Positions 30,701-41,124 of a DNA stretch of 64,000 nucleotides are shown here, piece after piece. The position numbers and the translations under genes are program-made. The notes under the pieces were generated by a model. It was given only the letters and a program-made list of their open reading frames with translations. It was not told the DNA's origin and made no database searches. Source of the DNA: Styela clava (lineage: Eukaryota); assembly GCF_964204865.1 (NCBI RefSeq), contig NC_135263.1, positions 11,842,001-11,906,000 on the forward strand, in the 5' to 3' direction. Within the stretch, counting starts at the first letter, position 1. The number at the start of each line of letters is the position of its first letter.

Positions 30701-33700
30701 AAAATTTTGATAACCATAATAGAAGGGCTTTCAAGCTACTGGTTGTAAAACTACAGCAAAAGCTTGGAATATGTTGAAAGAAATCTTTTTTCGTATACTC
30801 TGCTATAAACTTCAAATTTCACCCTATTTTAGAATTCTTATGCTGTAACAAACATCAGAAAAAAGTTGAGGTCAAAATAAATAATTTTTTTTCTTACTAT
30901 TCAGATGATCAAACTATCGTGATGAGTTTAAATCCGAATAATTACATTAGAGAGTAATGTACATTGTACAATATAAATATGAAATTATAGACATCACCTG
31001 GTACATTCCAGCAGAACAAGTAACATGGATGCAGGGACACTAAAAGCGACATAACTTCAAGTAAACCTACTACAAACTGATAGGTCAAGTGTACTGAATG
31101 AAACAATTACGTAATGTATTGATGTCAGATATTTATTATTTGTCCCGCATCAGAAAACACTATATGTAAGGTCCGTTTAATAATGGTACAAAAAATTTAA
31201 ATGTGACATAACACGGCAATTGACCGGTACATCGAGGTGTGAGTAATATGACTGCATTAGAAAAGGCTAACCAAATCATGCTGAACCTTTTGTAGGCCTG
31301 CTTTAAAATCTACAGCAACAGGAAACGACTGATGCAAAGTCCTAATTACTAGACAGGCAAACACATATGATAATAATATTAATACAGACATACAGTATCC
31401 GATAAAACTTTAGACTGCTAGTTAATTTCTGACTAGACATGTGACGGGGACGACCACCAGTTTTTGTAAGAAATGGAAAGACAATGAAAGATAAAACAAC
31501 GACAAAAAAAACCAGGCAATAGCGCTTATTTAATTGCCTATAAACAGGTATAGCTATATAACAACTTCAGTTATATGAATATTTCTGTAAAACTATACTA
31601 AATTCAAGTATTTAAATCAAATTTTCGTTCTACGAAACATATATAATGTTTATTTAGTAGTATTAGTATGACGTATCACGCAAAATGAGAGGTAATTAGA
31701 TACAGCGCAAAATATTAAGCGTCCACATTACTTATTTGAAATATATTCTTAAGGCATAATCGAGTATTTGGATTACGATAAGAGGACAACTATATTGCCA
31801 TTTATGTCAAAGCATTTTATAAGTAAGCCAATTATGTTTATCAGAGTGAATCGCTTTGCCTAATTATAGTTGTTGCTCGGAAATAAAATAAAAATATTTT
31901 TATTTTCAAACTGCTGCCTTAATTGCTTTTAAACAAATTTTTACAGGTTACAGAAAGACTATTATTTGTATTTTTTTTATATTTCATTCTCATCTCTGTT
32001 CTCCCCGAACAGGTTACAGAAAGACTACTATTTGTATTTTTTTATATTTCATTCTCATCTCTGTTCTCCCCGAACAAGTTACAGAAAGACTATTATTTGT
32101 ATTTTTTTTATATTTCATTCTCATCTCTGTTCTCCCCGAACAGGTTACAGAAAGACTATTATTTGTATTTTTTTTATATTTCATTCTCATCTCTGTTCTC
32201 CCCGAAGCCAGGTGTTTAACAACAAACTTTGCTGGAATTTCCAAAATTTCTCCACCATATGCTGGGTTTTTCCGCAGATGACTATTATATCGAAAAGCGA
32301 GTGTCAGCAAACTGCATATTCTAACGGTGCTGTACAGTATTTCATGTCCATATTTTTTTAATTGCTCACAAATATTGAGTATATATTGACTTTTTACTTA
32401 CTTGATATGGAAACATTCCATGCACTGTATTTATAAATAAAGTATTTTCAACATTCCCAACTATTCTCGCGAGAAAAACAACTTCAAATGACGTGTTGCC
32501 TCCCGGTGGAACAATCTGAAGAACAGAAATCATAGTTCAACAAAAACGAGTAAAGCGATCTAACAACAACTAAATTTTATTGAAGTAAAGGAAATGTAGC
32601 CCTAGATAGAAGAAGATAAAAGAATGTAGAACTAGATAAAAAAAAAAGACACCATGTCGAGAGGATAAAATCTGGGTAGGCAGAGACACAAACAGAATAA
32701 AATTTGAAAAAATGTGAAATTTTATTGATAATACAACAATATAGATACCACTTATGAATTTGTTCCTAGGATTTAGCATTATTATTTGAATCCCTCGGAA
32801 TTGTGATTACACCTCACTTATTGGCAAATACTAGCCAACAAATGCAAGGCATATATTAGTAAATTTCCATATTTTCTTACCTTTTTATCAAAAAATGAGG
32901 CATGAAAATGACATGTTCTCGCTGATATTGAAGTTAATTGTAAATCCCTCACTTTACTAGGATTATGAATATATACAGTTCTTAACTTTGGCATGCCGAC
33001 ACATCTGTGAATGAAAACAACAACTAAATAAAGATTCAGTTAAAGTATATATAACACATATATTAGGAGTTTAATATGGCCCATTATTAATTAGCATGTT
33101 GTAGCTATCGTTGGCATTGACATTGAAGGTTATAGATTTTAGGTTTTAACTTACAAAATCTTATTATCTCACATCAGTAATTAGTTGGAGCAAAGAAGTA
33201 AAAAAAAAACACAAAAAAGACATAGGTACATGTTCATGTACTTAAAAAATAGTAAAGTACCTAAATATTACATAGGACCATATTATTTTTGTATTCTAGA
33301 GGGGTCTGAGATATATATCGATTCTGTTTATTAACAAAAGATGTACTCAAAAGCAGAACCATATTTAAATACAAGCTTATGCTCTGAGAAATAAATCTTG
33401 TTACATGCTCACAATTAGTCAATTAAATATTATTGGATACATAAACATTTACAATACAAATACAATGAGCGAGGATGCATATTGGCTCAAAACTATGCTA
33501 ATAATATGGTGATATCTTGTTCCAGATGTGCATTAGATTAGGTCATGTAGTTGACTAGATTGATTTTCAATATACTTACTCGGCATCAAAGTCTAAAAAT
33601 GGAGGTTCAAATCGAATAATTCTTATTTGTGAAGTTGAGTGCGTAATTGGATGTAATCTGAGAAGAAAATTTGAAAAATGTTGAAAAATTTCTATTTTTT

Positions 33701-36700
33701 TAATAAATTCTAAAATAAATACTTTGACAAGATTATTTGAAGATTGTTATCCAAGGCATGTCTTCGAATCTTAAAACAAAAAGATTCCAAAATAAAAATC
33801 TGTACATGGTCACTGCAATCGAAAAAATTAGCTTAAACACATTACGTCTTATTTCAAATATAAAAAAAATTTGATGTAGCACAATCTTTCAACAATAATT
33901 CTTTTTAGCAATAACTTCTCAGAATTTGAAGCTGAGAATAATATATCGTGTGTTCAGAAGAGCTATATAAAAAACTAACTTGAAGCAATTGAAACATTAT
34001 TAAATAAAGAAACAAGAAAACATTTAAGATACAGAAACCAACATGGCAGGGTGTAATTGGAAGTTTCTAGCAACTTTTGCTGGTAGTAAGTTTGTTGTCT
34101 GTCTTGCCTGTACCAGAAATGTTAGTCACATATAAAGGCTGACATGAATACAAGCAATATCGATAGTTAAATATGGGTTTATACCAAACTATTATCTATT
34201 GTGTGTGGTTTTATATGAGGTGCGCCTTGAATCTTAGGCTTTGGGCTTAATCCTGAAGTCAAACAAAATAAAAGAAAGCAAAAAGTTGGAAATATTTTTA
34301 TTAAATATAGTAACTTACTTTATATCATGCGATTCTGATGTTACTCCATGAGGCTAAAATAAAAAAAAATTATCATTTTTAGAAAAATAAATTATTTTGG
34401 AAATAATTTACCAAAAATTTTATTCATAATGAAATCTATTACAATAGTAAACCTAAGAATATGCAATTTCTTTTTTGAAGGACAATTTTCGTTGCAAAAT
34501 ATACATATTACTTAGTCTCCAAAATTTGGAATAAAAAGTTCGAATGAATTTTTTCAAAAATTCATGAATATTCAAACCGTGCTGCTGTACGTCATCTTAA
34601 ATATGGCCCAAATATGAACTCGTCATTGTCAAACAGTGGGACATGTAGGCTACTACAAACCATGTTGAGAAATAACACACTAACACAATCCAACAAAAAA
34701 TTCTCTAACCTGTTGCCTTGGAAATAATGAAACATCTCGTAAAAGTTTTTGTGATTGAAATTCTGTGTCTGAATACAGATACCCTGAAAGAAATTATAAA
34801 TTCATAAAATAAAATACCTTCAACAAATTTCTGTTTGCTATAAGAAATTATTGCTCAGATCAATATGTTTAACCTTGAAAAAAATGCAATGGCTAATAAT
34901 AATAAGATTGAGAGAAGTTGACCGCTTTATGAAATATTTCAACAATAATATTGTAATGTAATACTGTATCATGACTCATATAGTATATAGGCAAAATCTG
35001 TCATTTTTGAACTCATATAACATCAAATCCACATAATATATTTTACATACACCTCTTGTCTAACTTTGCTAGGTTAATAAGCACCCTGTGCTCTCCTGTG
35101 ATAGGAGATCATGCAAATGTTATCTAGTAATTCCCTACTTTTACGAAGTATTTTTACACTTTTATCACATCAAATAAAGCCCTACATAAGAACTTACTAA
35201 TACTAATTTAAAAGAAGTCTTATAAGATTTTAGTACATTTTTCAGTTTATTCATTATCAAATGATAGTATATATTTTACCACGGTCAATAACTGATAATA
35301 ACAATATTCAAAACATATTGTTCGATCAAGTCAGTTATGGTGACTATTTCCTTAAAAATATGCCCTGGCTGAAACTTAAATAAACGTTTTCTATTCATTT
35401 ATTATATTACTAATTTCCTCCTCTATCATCATGATTATAAAGTAAAATCCCTTTTTAAAATGATACAGTTATTTCAATTTTTTCATACTGGTCCTTCATA
35501 TAGGGGCCAACCCCGTAAGTGCAGCAATTTAGGACTTGAAGTTTACTACCTTCTAGTACAATACTATACTATACCAAGTCTAGAAGTGTTCAAGTTTGTA
35601 CTTAGCGTTACTACTTGCCAATTTCAGTATTTTTATTGACAAATGAGTGATATACAAATCCATACTTTTTCAAGCATGTACCGTAGGTAAAAATTTAAAA
35701 CACCACTCTTTATTGTCAACTTAGTCAATCCCAACAAAGAAATAATGTTTAAATACTTTTAATAAGCACATATTCCATCAATCTCCAGTTAATATGAGGC
35801 TACAAAACCGACTACACATTGAGTGTTGTAACAGATGGGATTTAATTCTGGACTTGAACGGTTCTAATAACACAGCGGAATATTGATTTTGTAGTAGTAC
35901 TCAATAGGACTATTAAAATAACATATTCAGTTAATGATTTTGGTAATCAAGATCATTGATTCAGTAGAAAAGAATCGAAAACAATGCTTTTTTTATAGAG
36001 ATTCACTCATATGATGAGTTATTTTATTCATATATATAAAAAAAATTAAGTTACAATTTTTGATTTCTGATATTCAAAGTCAAGGGAAAACTAAAACATA
36101 CAAATAAATTCTCAGGGATGTCCTAAAAAGGAAAACAGAAGCGATACAAGTCGTGAAGCAGTTCAATAAGTCAGTGTGGATGGGGCTACAGTTTTTTAAA
36201 TGTTGAATCGGGGGGGATGTAAAAAAAACTCGAACAAACAAGCAGTCCAATTGGGCAGAGATTAGATAAACTCGATTATTCCATTCAATTCTATAAGGAT
36301 GGTGAGAACTCCTTGTGAATTGGTGGAAAAATTGTTTTTGAAACAAGAATTGAAAATGAACTTGGTTAATTTTAACAAACTTTTCAGAAAATATCACCAA
36401 ATGAGCGACAGACGAGTGCTATTAAAAAACTGTTTCCAAAATACGGTAGGTTATGAAAATAATATTTTGCTGAATCCTTGACAATAGTAAAACAAAATTC
36501 AAATTGCTGATTTTAGGAATTCATTTTTCCTTGTTCATACATTAATGTAACACTATTAATACAACTAGTAACAATGTGTTGATTATTGATCCATACCAGT
36601 TGTTTAGTATAGTATTCAGTCATGAATGATACTCAAGGGAAAAATTATTACAGTGATATGGATACAACAGCTAACAACTGTGAGAAGAGGATTTGAGGTC

Positions 36701-39700
36701 TGTATTATAACTGAATTATTAATCATATGTTCAAAATGAGGTTAGTATCAAACACGGGCCAAGGAAAAACAGCACCTAATCAGTGAATATACTTCATCAC
36801 TGGACAATGGGTGTTCATAATAAATAAATATTTCTTTACCAAGTACAAACAGATAAAATGAGCCTATTTGAATAAGAGATAATAAGAACCTGTCGCCCTA
36901 CTAAATACCACAGATATTATTGATACAACAAACACCTTGCATTAAGTAAAATGCGCTTGCAAGATGTTGCAGAGCTTATCTTTAATTGTTAACGACTTGA
37001 TGATGAAAGCATGAAATAATACAATATAGTAGTAACACAGTATAGAGACTGACCAAATGATTCAAATATTCATCATTAATTTGCATTTTCAATATATCCA
37101 TGTATTATACATATTGTTTGAAATATTTTTCAGGACTTTGCCTAAGTTATGCTGTGAAAGTTGTTAAATATATTTAATACTATGCAACACTCCGAATCAA
37201 CATCATTTAAATGAAGCTAACCTGATACCTATTGTATGAAAATTTTTATTCTTGGAAAATCATTTGGAGATTTTAGGTAAATTTTACTTGTATTTGTAGA
37301 AAGGTTCATATCGAATTATACATACCGGTAATATTTTTATAAGGAAACTTGCTCAAAGCAAAGGCATGCACACTTACGCAGAAATTAAACAAATTGACTG
37401 CTGAGCAAAATTACATGCTACACCGAGATGCCAAGATCTACCGAGACAAGAAATAATTATAGTCTAGAATTCAAGAGAAACACAAACAGTTCAAATCATT
37501 ACAAATCAGGATAGCAGCGCCTATAAAATAGTGCATTTCCCTATATTACTTATTAAAGAAAACTTAAAATTTCAATATTTCAACAGATGCAATGCTTCTT
37601 TATCATCACCTTTAGTATTGTCGTTGAAGATAAATGAATTGGAATATTTAATTTGATCAATATTATAGGAAATCCCTACTAACAGTTGTTGGTTATAATG
37701 TACCCAAGTACCAGGAATTCAGTATATGCCGAACAAGGAAGTACCAGCAGCCTATTCACGAAAAAATATGTGGTGGAATTCACTTATTCAGCTCGCGCAA
37801 TGTTCAATCATTTAGCCTTTGGCCATATTTTGGAAACATAACAATTTAACAAAATGATCACAATTACAACATCGCCTTATTAAATGTCAAACTATAAAAT
37901 CTTGTGGTGTGAGTGTGGTAAACATTAAAAACATCTTCCCAGCTCATAAACATAAAATATTAGTGTGGGCGTACAGTGTATAAATGAGTAGATTTATATG
38001 CAAATATAGGTTATTGTAAGTCTTGATGTTGAAAATGAAAACAACATCTTTTTAAACTGTATTTGAATTGAAATAAAGGAGTTTAACATGTGGTACTAAA
38101 TCTCAAAAAAACCTGAAGTCATCAGGCATGATCAAGCTGACAGTATTCATAAACTCCGAAACAAATGCACCAATGACTAACATACATATAAATTCTTGTG
38201 AAACAACCAGCATAATGATAATTAAAGCATATGGTCTAATTTATTAAATGCTATCGATAGACAGTAGTCAGTACACAATAAGTAATGAAATATGGATATC
38301 TAATTTAAAATTTGAAAAAAAAGACATATGGATATGGCTGTAAAAATCAGACAACTGTGCCGAATACTAAACTATTGGGATATGGTTATTCGCCATCTTC
38401 AGTCCAATTTTTTGGTAACAGATTCATTAACAATGAGGTAGAATTGACTTTATCATTGACTATAACTTCCACTATGCAAAACCTGATATGCCCTAATATT
38501 TTATGCGTTTTCCCATCTCACAGTTTTAGATTCTGTTTAAAAATCTCCATTTGTACGTGAAAAATCAGTAAATGTTTGGTATATATTAAATCAAGGTACC
38601 GGTAAATACAGGACAGAACTAGATTTTATTCAATTTTTTTAATTTTTGACTTGTATATAATATTTCATGACCATTCAGGTAAGCAGCATAATAAAGATAT
38701 TGATAATCAGTCAAAATCCAATATTAAATAATAATTAACAATAACAATATAATAATCACTTGTAATAATTACAGCAATGATTGTAGAACATGTTACTGCC
38801 AGTTGCACGCTCGTTGGTACATGTTACTGTCATTTGCTTTTAACGACATACTTTGATTTTAATGATATTCTCGAAATGTATTCATAAGAGCATCTGACAT
38901 GTTAGATGAATTAAAGAAGAAACAATTACAATTAAATATGCCGATATGAAGGTGATAATGAAGATTAGCAACTATGATTAAAAACAATGCTTTGGCAACA
39001 TGACATGTCACACCTAACTACAATACAATCATAGTCATGTCTTCAATGATAATTTTGACAGGGTCTAACAATGTGAGAATTGCCATTTTAACACTAAGAA
39101 AATAAATTAAAATGCAAAAACTAATTCCATCTGGTCAGTACCAATATAGATAAAGTAATAAATTTAGTATAATGAGATTTTTTGATAGGTCAGTTGAGTT
39201 TACATCATCACACAACTATGAAATTACTTATGGCATGACTTATGATATTCACAAAGCTTTTCATGCTGAAAACTGAGCTGATTATCTTCATATTTGAAAA
39301 AACTTATTAGTGTATTATAACAATTATATTTCCTTATTGAACAATGTATAAGTAAATCATTGATTGTCTGGTGACTGGTTCAATGCATATAATTGAACTG
39401 ATACAAGTATTGATTGGTGATTTTGAGAAACCTGACAATATATTTAGATATTGAAATATAAATAGAACTCGAGTAATTTCTAATCAGAAAAATTTACTAG
39501 GTAATATAATAAAACACTTTGTTAAAAAATTCATAAATATATATTGGGTAGGCATACCTAAGCTCTCATTGACACATATTCTTTTTTTAGACACTAAGTA
39601 AGAGGCATGGAATAATAACGAAAGCATAATTTAGGTCATATCTGTTTTTTTTAAAAAATATCGAACTTTCATGGATTTCCTGGTTCAATATATAAATTTA

Positions 39701-40670
39701 TAAGTACACCATATATTCTGAAAAATTACATGATTGGCTGATCGCAAAATTCACATTACTATCTTCTTATTGATTCTTTGATAGAAGGATCCTTGACACT
39801 TCATAAGACAATATAGATTTATCTCATTATTCAGTTATTAATAAACTTGTAACAAACACTCAATTTATACAATGCATTACTGATTACTGTGAGAATGATT
39901 AAGTTAGCTTTAACGGTCCAAGCTGACTAGTTCCATTATGGTTAAAATTAAAAGTACATGTTTCAAGCACAGATTTTATCTACAGCTCCTAACCATAATA
40001 CATACAGACATAAACATACTTCATTGATAAACTATCTAACTATGGGATGCATGGTGGTGAAGTCTAAATTGCGATAAAGATAAATGATTTTGCCAGCGAC
40101 AAAACTATGCGTTTTTACTTTCAATGACTAGACTACAAATAACACAGGGTTTCCTAACTGGGACAGAATTTTATTGTTTTTGAAGCGTGAATGTAGGTTT
40201 TTCTGGGGAGGAGTCCAGCAACCCTCTCGCACATACCGGTAATCATCTGTCACTGGATTATGACCTGCGAACCCACACAGAAACTGAATTACTGAAATTA
40301 TAAAACTGTTTGACTGTAAGATACCACTTGGTATCTAGGTAACACTTTGATTATTTTGTTCATTTCTTTTGTACTCTAGGACTTTTGTGCTACATATTGA
40401 TAATTTATTGAACAGCTACCAATACTGCAACAACTGACTGATAATACTACAGTACAGAAATACTCGGATATTTGGAATTAGATATTGGCACAGCTTCACA
40501 ATGAGACAAGCAATGAACAGCAAAGAAACAAAATAAATTAACTCACCTTGGCCTGATATAAAGGTTATACTTTGGCAGGCAATCATTACTTGAAATATTG
40601 CCACTATACAGTTACATAATCCCATATCTTGCTCGCGCTTTTCGCGTTTTCCACGAGCTTTAAACGCCAT
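702..40670 (-). CDS. TMEM131: Transmembrane protein 131 (TMEM131/RW1) ortholog, 39 coding exons, 1978 aa
   Basis: Manually spliced model. All introns are GT-AG with compatible phases; exon sum 5937 nt; ATG at 40670, TAA at 704-702. Peptides match recalled vertebrate TMEM131 (IRFEPPFLDF, VPPGGNTSFEVVFLAR, GIPNPYRLRPYLGARVPINSSFSP, EIPPYETK, APGIYSS..LDFGTLR, RNNLT, CEGYGF, TPDFT, PRPSWE + TM helix, FDLR). Confidence 0.95.
864..1237 (-). CDS. TMEM131: TMEM131 coding exon 38
   Basis: LMVNAP...GDIWG...SIWS...RNTDE. Confidence 0.8.
1364..1468 (-). CDS. TMEM131: TMEM131 coding exon 37
   Basis: (G)PGAQDAANLQWSY...SSYSAFGTSQFNLVE. Confidence 0.78.
1804..2076 (-). CDS. TMEM131: TMEM131 coding exon 36
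   Basis: (G)PASHSTPTKKLSRSVSE...KAQQKQ. Confidence 0.8.
2289..2400 (-). CDS. TMEM131: TMEM131 coding exon 35
   Basis: GTTSPGHLSSSSRSSSYSSVLS...QQTS. Confidence 0.78.
2562..2659 (-). CDS. TMEM131: TMEM131 coding exon 34
   Basis: (D)VDEDMRQIAKQSEEAGF...DRKRNK. Confidence 0.78.
3388..3508 (-). CDS. TMEM131: TMEM131 coding exon 33
   Basis: VTIFKRPSPLESS...ALWDTPSQQR. Confidence 0.78.
3828..3918 (-). CDS. TMEM131: TMEM131 coding exon 32
   Basis: SSKEAVKGVPKRRSYSYNSAIAEQKNKPTK. Confidence 0.78.
4224..4435 (-). CDS. TMEM131: TMEM131 coding exon 31
   Basis: ASTPSDTEEK...SPEIKVS. Confidence 0.82.
4722..4813 (-). CDS. TMEM131: TMEM131 coding exon 30
   Basis: (I)RAKKTRKLTRKQAKALAKEKEKAAAKFEK. Confidence 0.8.
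5022..5827 (-). CDS. TMEM131: TMEM131 coding exon 29 (806 nt, S/K/P-rich tail)
   Basis: Open frame HISSPEV...EHKP; donor A|GTAAGA at 5021 gives the phase 1 needed by exon 30. Confidence 0.85.
5951..6135 (-). CDS. TMEM131: TMEM131 coding exon 28
   Basis: AINIWEPF...GKIFDLRSIA...PKT(E). Confidence 0.9.
6723..6948 (-). CDS. TMEM131: TMEM131 coding exon 27 (transmembrane helix)
   Basis: YTPDFTS...PRPSWEPTLYYFIVTVMLVLCLGIMLMGYLE. Confidence 0.95.
7045..7377. mobile_element. hAT-Charlie MITE, 333 bp
   Basis: TIR CAGTGGTTATCAAAC / GTTCGAGAACCACTG; TSD GCCTAAAT/GCCTAAAG (7/8). Confidence 0.85.
7442..7487. repeat. 23-bp perfect tandem duplication
   Basis: TGCCTTGTAGCTAAGAACACTAA x2. Confidence 0.9.
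7897..8080 (-). CDS. TMEM131: TMEM131 coding exon 26
   Basis: KKSNPSFTVRKWF..NTG...CEGYGFRVLDC...KIEI(A). Confidence 0.93.
8476..8618 (-). CDS. TMEM131: TMEM131 coding exon 25
   Basis: NNLTILDA...LRFKLTKDLLKDCT. Confidence 0.93.
9047..9210 (-). CDS. TMEM131: TMEM131 coding exon 24
   Basis: SKDMTSQMVW...NLFIEPGDRVNLKVEFIP...TVILL(R). Confidence 0.88.
9966..10151 (-). CDS. TMEM131: TMEM131 coding exon 23
   Basis: VATLTLVNPADSPVIVQVLPLSLYP...DPRQDV. Confidence 0.9.
10460..10595 (-). CDS. TMEM131: TMEM131 coding exon 22
   Basis: PNTTLVLSAD...ASLFWPTLL...FPLTHVGRKS. Confidence 0.9.
11004..11121 (-). CDS. TMEM131: TMEM131 coding exon 21
   Basis: (I)GHHWLTTLALGPD...RWKNLQKKGLT(G). Confidence 0.85.
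11441..11568 (-). CDS. TMEM131: TMEM131 coding exon 20
   Basis: KLKNQGLSFEPNKKSKIGKVYFD...CYVGLPTSTT; AAG acceptor. Confidence 0.88.
12055..12158 (-). CDS. TMEM131: TMEM131 coding exon 19
   Basis: GMIVHQTLSVVNTF...DKRFYY. Confidence 0.9.
12614..12700 (-). CDS. TMEM131: TMEM131 coding exon 18
   Basis: TIYIPVKARIVVGNLTVKPERIKFPPSFP. Confidence 0.92.
13124..13228 (-). CDS. TMEM131: TMEM131 coding exon 17
   Basis: LWLPSNSCSVFEV...LTTKFE. Confidence 0.88.
13364..13471 (-). CDS. TMEM131: TMEM131 coding exon 16
   Basis: ILLEKINSTLRNIYIRLE...SDQSVLKP. Confidence 0.8.
13724..13841. repeat. ~21-bp tandem GG(C/T)TGTAT(A/G)TGnATAT x5 ending in CACACCCTG (probable hAT terminus remnant)
   Basis: Five imperfect units at 13724-13820, then a CAGGGTGTG-type TIR on the minus strand. 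Confidence 0.65.
13938..14042 (-). CDS. TMEM131: TMEM131 coding exon 15
   Basis: YKVLREEKKTIDFGVMG...ILFALYNHNPAK. Confidence 0.9.
14522..14725 (-). CDS. TMEM131: TMEM131 coding exon 14
   Basis: VLNFDGPVSLP...TNASKFSLPLHTYSGLLT. Confidence 0.9.
15429..15573 (-). CDS. TMEM131: TMEM131 coding exon 13
   Basis: TLGFDEDAVLFHH...ASKHFK. Confidence 0.9.
15745..15988. mobile_element. hAT-Charlie MITE, 244 bp
   Basis: TIR CAGGGGTTCCCAA / TTGGAAACCACTG; perfect TSD TGCTAGAG (15737-15744, 15989-15996). Confidence 0.9.
16304..16412 (-). CDS. TMEM131: TMEM131 coding exon 12
   Basis: (A)LLARSDADHRGTLTVKTKEKSYSTVHIPFTANLLN(G). Confidence 0.9.
16679..16849 (-). CDS. TMEM131: TMEM131 coding exon 11
   Basis: (D)DPKTLPLFLLNSG...FKPIKLK...ANITFS. 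Confidence 0.92.
17271..17330 (-). CDS. TMEM131: TMEM131 coding exon 10
   Basis: (A)PGIYSSIELLDFGTLRQQY. Confidence 0.93.
18721..18874 (-). CDS. TMEM131: TMEM131 coding exon 9
   Basis: EIPPYETKQLIRARF...NHTAFIRIKT...MEVEVSS. Confidence 0.95.
18978..19186 (-). mobile_element. SINE-like repeat, degenerate copy
   Basis: Matches 24099-24312; its AGTCCAGCAAT.CTCTC end matches 40212-40235. Confidence 0.5.
20990..21720. mobile_element. Degenerate inverted-repeat (MITE-like) element with GGACTTAG repeats; ends approximate
   Basis: 43-bp inverted repeat 21105-21147 / 21591-21633 (34/43); six exact GGACTTAG/CTAAGTCC copies. Confidence 0.55.
22168..22395. mobile_element. Degenerate Tc1/mariner-pogo-type MITE remnant
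   Basis: TATAAGC(A/C)GACCC twice near the left end; inverted TCGACTTATA near the right end. Confidence 0.4.
22526..22606 (-). CDS. TMEM131: TMEM131 coding exon 8
   Basis: VTEMYSSSGFLQLQLPQGQHEIDKDQW. Confidence 0.92.
22631..22696. repeat. 33-bp tandem duplication just upstream of the exon 8 acceptor
   Basis: AGTG(A/G)CATTCCGAAG(C/T)AAAGTTTTACTATAGAC x2. Confidence 0.9.
24099..24312 (-). mobile_element. SINE-like interspersed repeat (3' part)
   Basis: Collinear similarity to 18978-19186 (AGGATTT.ATAT.TATCC, GGCCTCT, AGTC.ATG, GAGGAAGC); (ATCCT)-like tail at the left end. Confidence 0.6.
24467..24589 (-). CDS. TMEM131: TMEM131 coding exon 7
   Basis: VFGVGIPNPYRLRPYLGARVPINSSFSPLISMHNPTSEPLQ. 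Confidence 0.95.
27660..27945. promoter_or_regulatory. Candidate intronic promoter/enhancer motif cluster
   Basis: AAATGGCGG (YY1-like) at 27668; GACGTCA/GGCGTCA/TACGTCA CRE-like sites; 12-bp palindrome AGTCACGTGACT at 27826-27837; at the edge of a CpG-rich island. Confidence 0.4.
31943..32205. repeat. 65-66-bp minisatellite x4
   Basis: Units start at 31943, 32009, 32074, 32140; near-identical, differing in poly-T length and single substitutions. Confidence 0.97.
32402..32515 (-). CDS. TMEM131: TMEM131 coding exon 6
   Basis: IVPPGGNTSFEVVFLARIVGNVENTLFINTVHGMFPYQ. Confidence 0.95.
32881..33004 (-). CDS. TMEM131: TMEM131 coding exon 5
   Basis: CVGMPKLRTVYIHNPS...HFHASFFDKK. Confidence 0.93.
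33580..33657 (-). CDS. TMEM131: TMEM131 coding exon 4
   Basis: LHPITHSTSQIRIIRFEPPFLDFDA(E). Confidence 0.9.
34319..34353 (-). CDS. TMEM131: TMEM131 coding exon 3 (35 nt)
   Basis: PHGVTSESHDI(K); poly-T TAG acceptor, GTAAGT donor; needed to bridge phase 0 to phase 2. Confidence 0.7.
34710..34783 (-). CDS. TMEM131: TMEM131 coding exon 2
   Basis: (G)YLYSDTEFQSQKLLRDVSLFPRQQ; CAG/GTTAG, phases 1/0. Confidence 0.7.
40205..40285 (-). mobile_element. SINE-like repeat head fragment
   Basis: Minus strand GGGTTCGCAGGTCATAATCC (B-box-like) followed by TGCGAGAGGGTTGCTGGACTCC, shared with the 19166 copy. Confidence 0.45.
40547..40670 (-). CDS. TMEM131: TMEM131 coding exon 1 (signal-peptide-like)
   Basis: MAFKARGKREKREQDMGLCNCIVAIFQVMIACQSITFISGQ; donor G|GTGAGT, phase 1 fits exon 2. 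Confidence 0.75.
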
Positions 40671-41124
40671 GTCCGACCTTCGCTTGAGAACTAAACACAA
40701 AACAAGGAGGCACGACCTGAGTTCCAAATAGCCCACCAGACAAAACAAACGTAATTAGTGAGATAAGAAAAGATAGATAAAATAGACGGAGTGAAGCTGT
40801 CGCGCGTTCAATGAGAGAAATAAGAAAGATGACTTGCCGTGCTCGTTCAGCCATTTAAAAAGTGGGATGGGCACAAATAGTGAAAAACGTGGTCAACAAT
40901 TACTCTCATGCTTGCTTATCGTTGAACTCAAGTCGGACTGCTCCAGAGAAACTGCTGAATGTGTCACATGGGACTTATTTAGAGAACTTTTATTGGTTTT
41001 AGAGTTACTCCGTCCATTTTCACAGCAATTGCACTGACCCTGAATAATAACCAAGGAACATTTGGCATATTTTCAACCAAATCCATCTGTGCTTTTATGT
41101 TTGTACAATAACACATGTATGAAC

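Noticed and set aside
31943-32205. Possible CRISPR-like array, and ORFs 31923-32219, 31966-32361, 32014-32310
   Set aside because: Units are contiguous with no unique spacers, there are no cas genes and the context is eukaryotic; the ORFs are translations of the repeat.
39135-39211. C/D-box snoRNA candidate (GTGATGA...CTGA, minus strand)
   Set aside because: Weak terminal stem and no recognisable rRNA antisense element; such boxes are expected by chance in AT-rich DNA.
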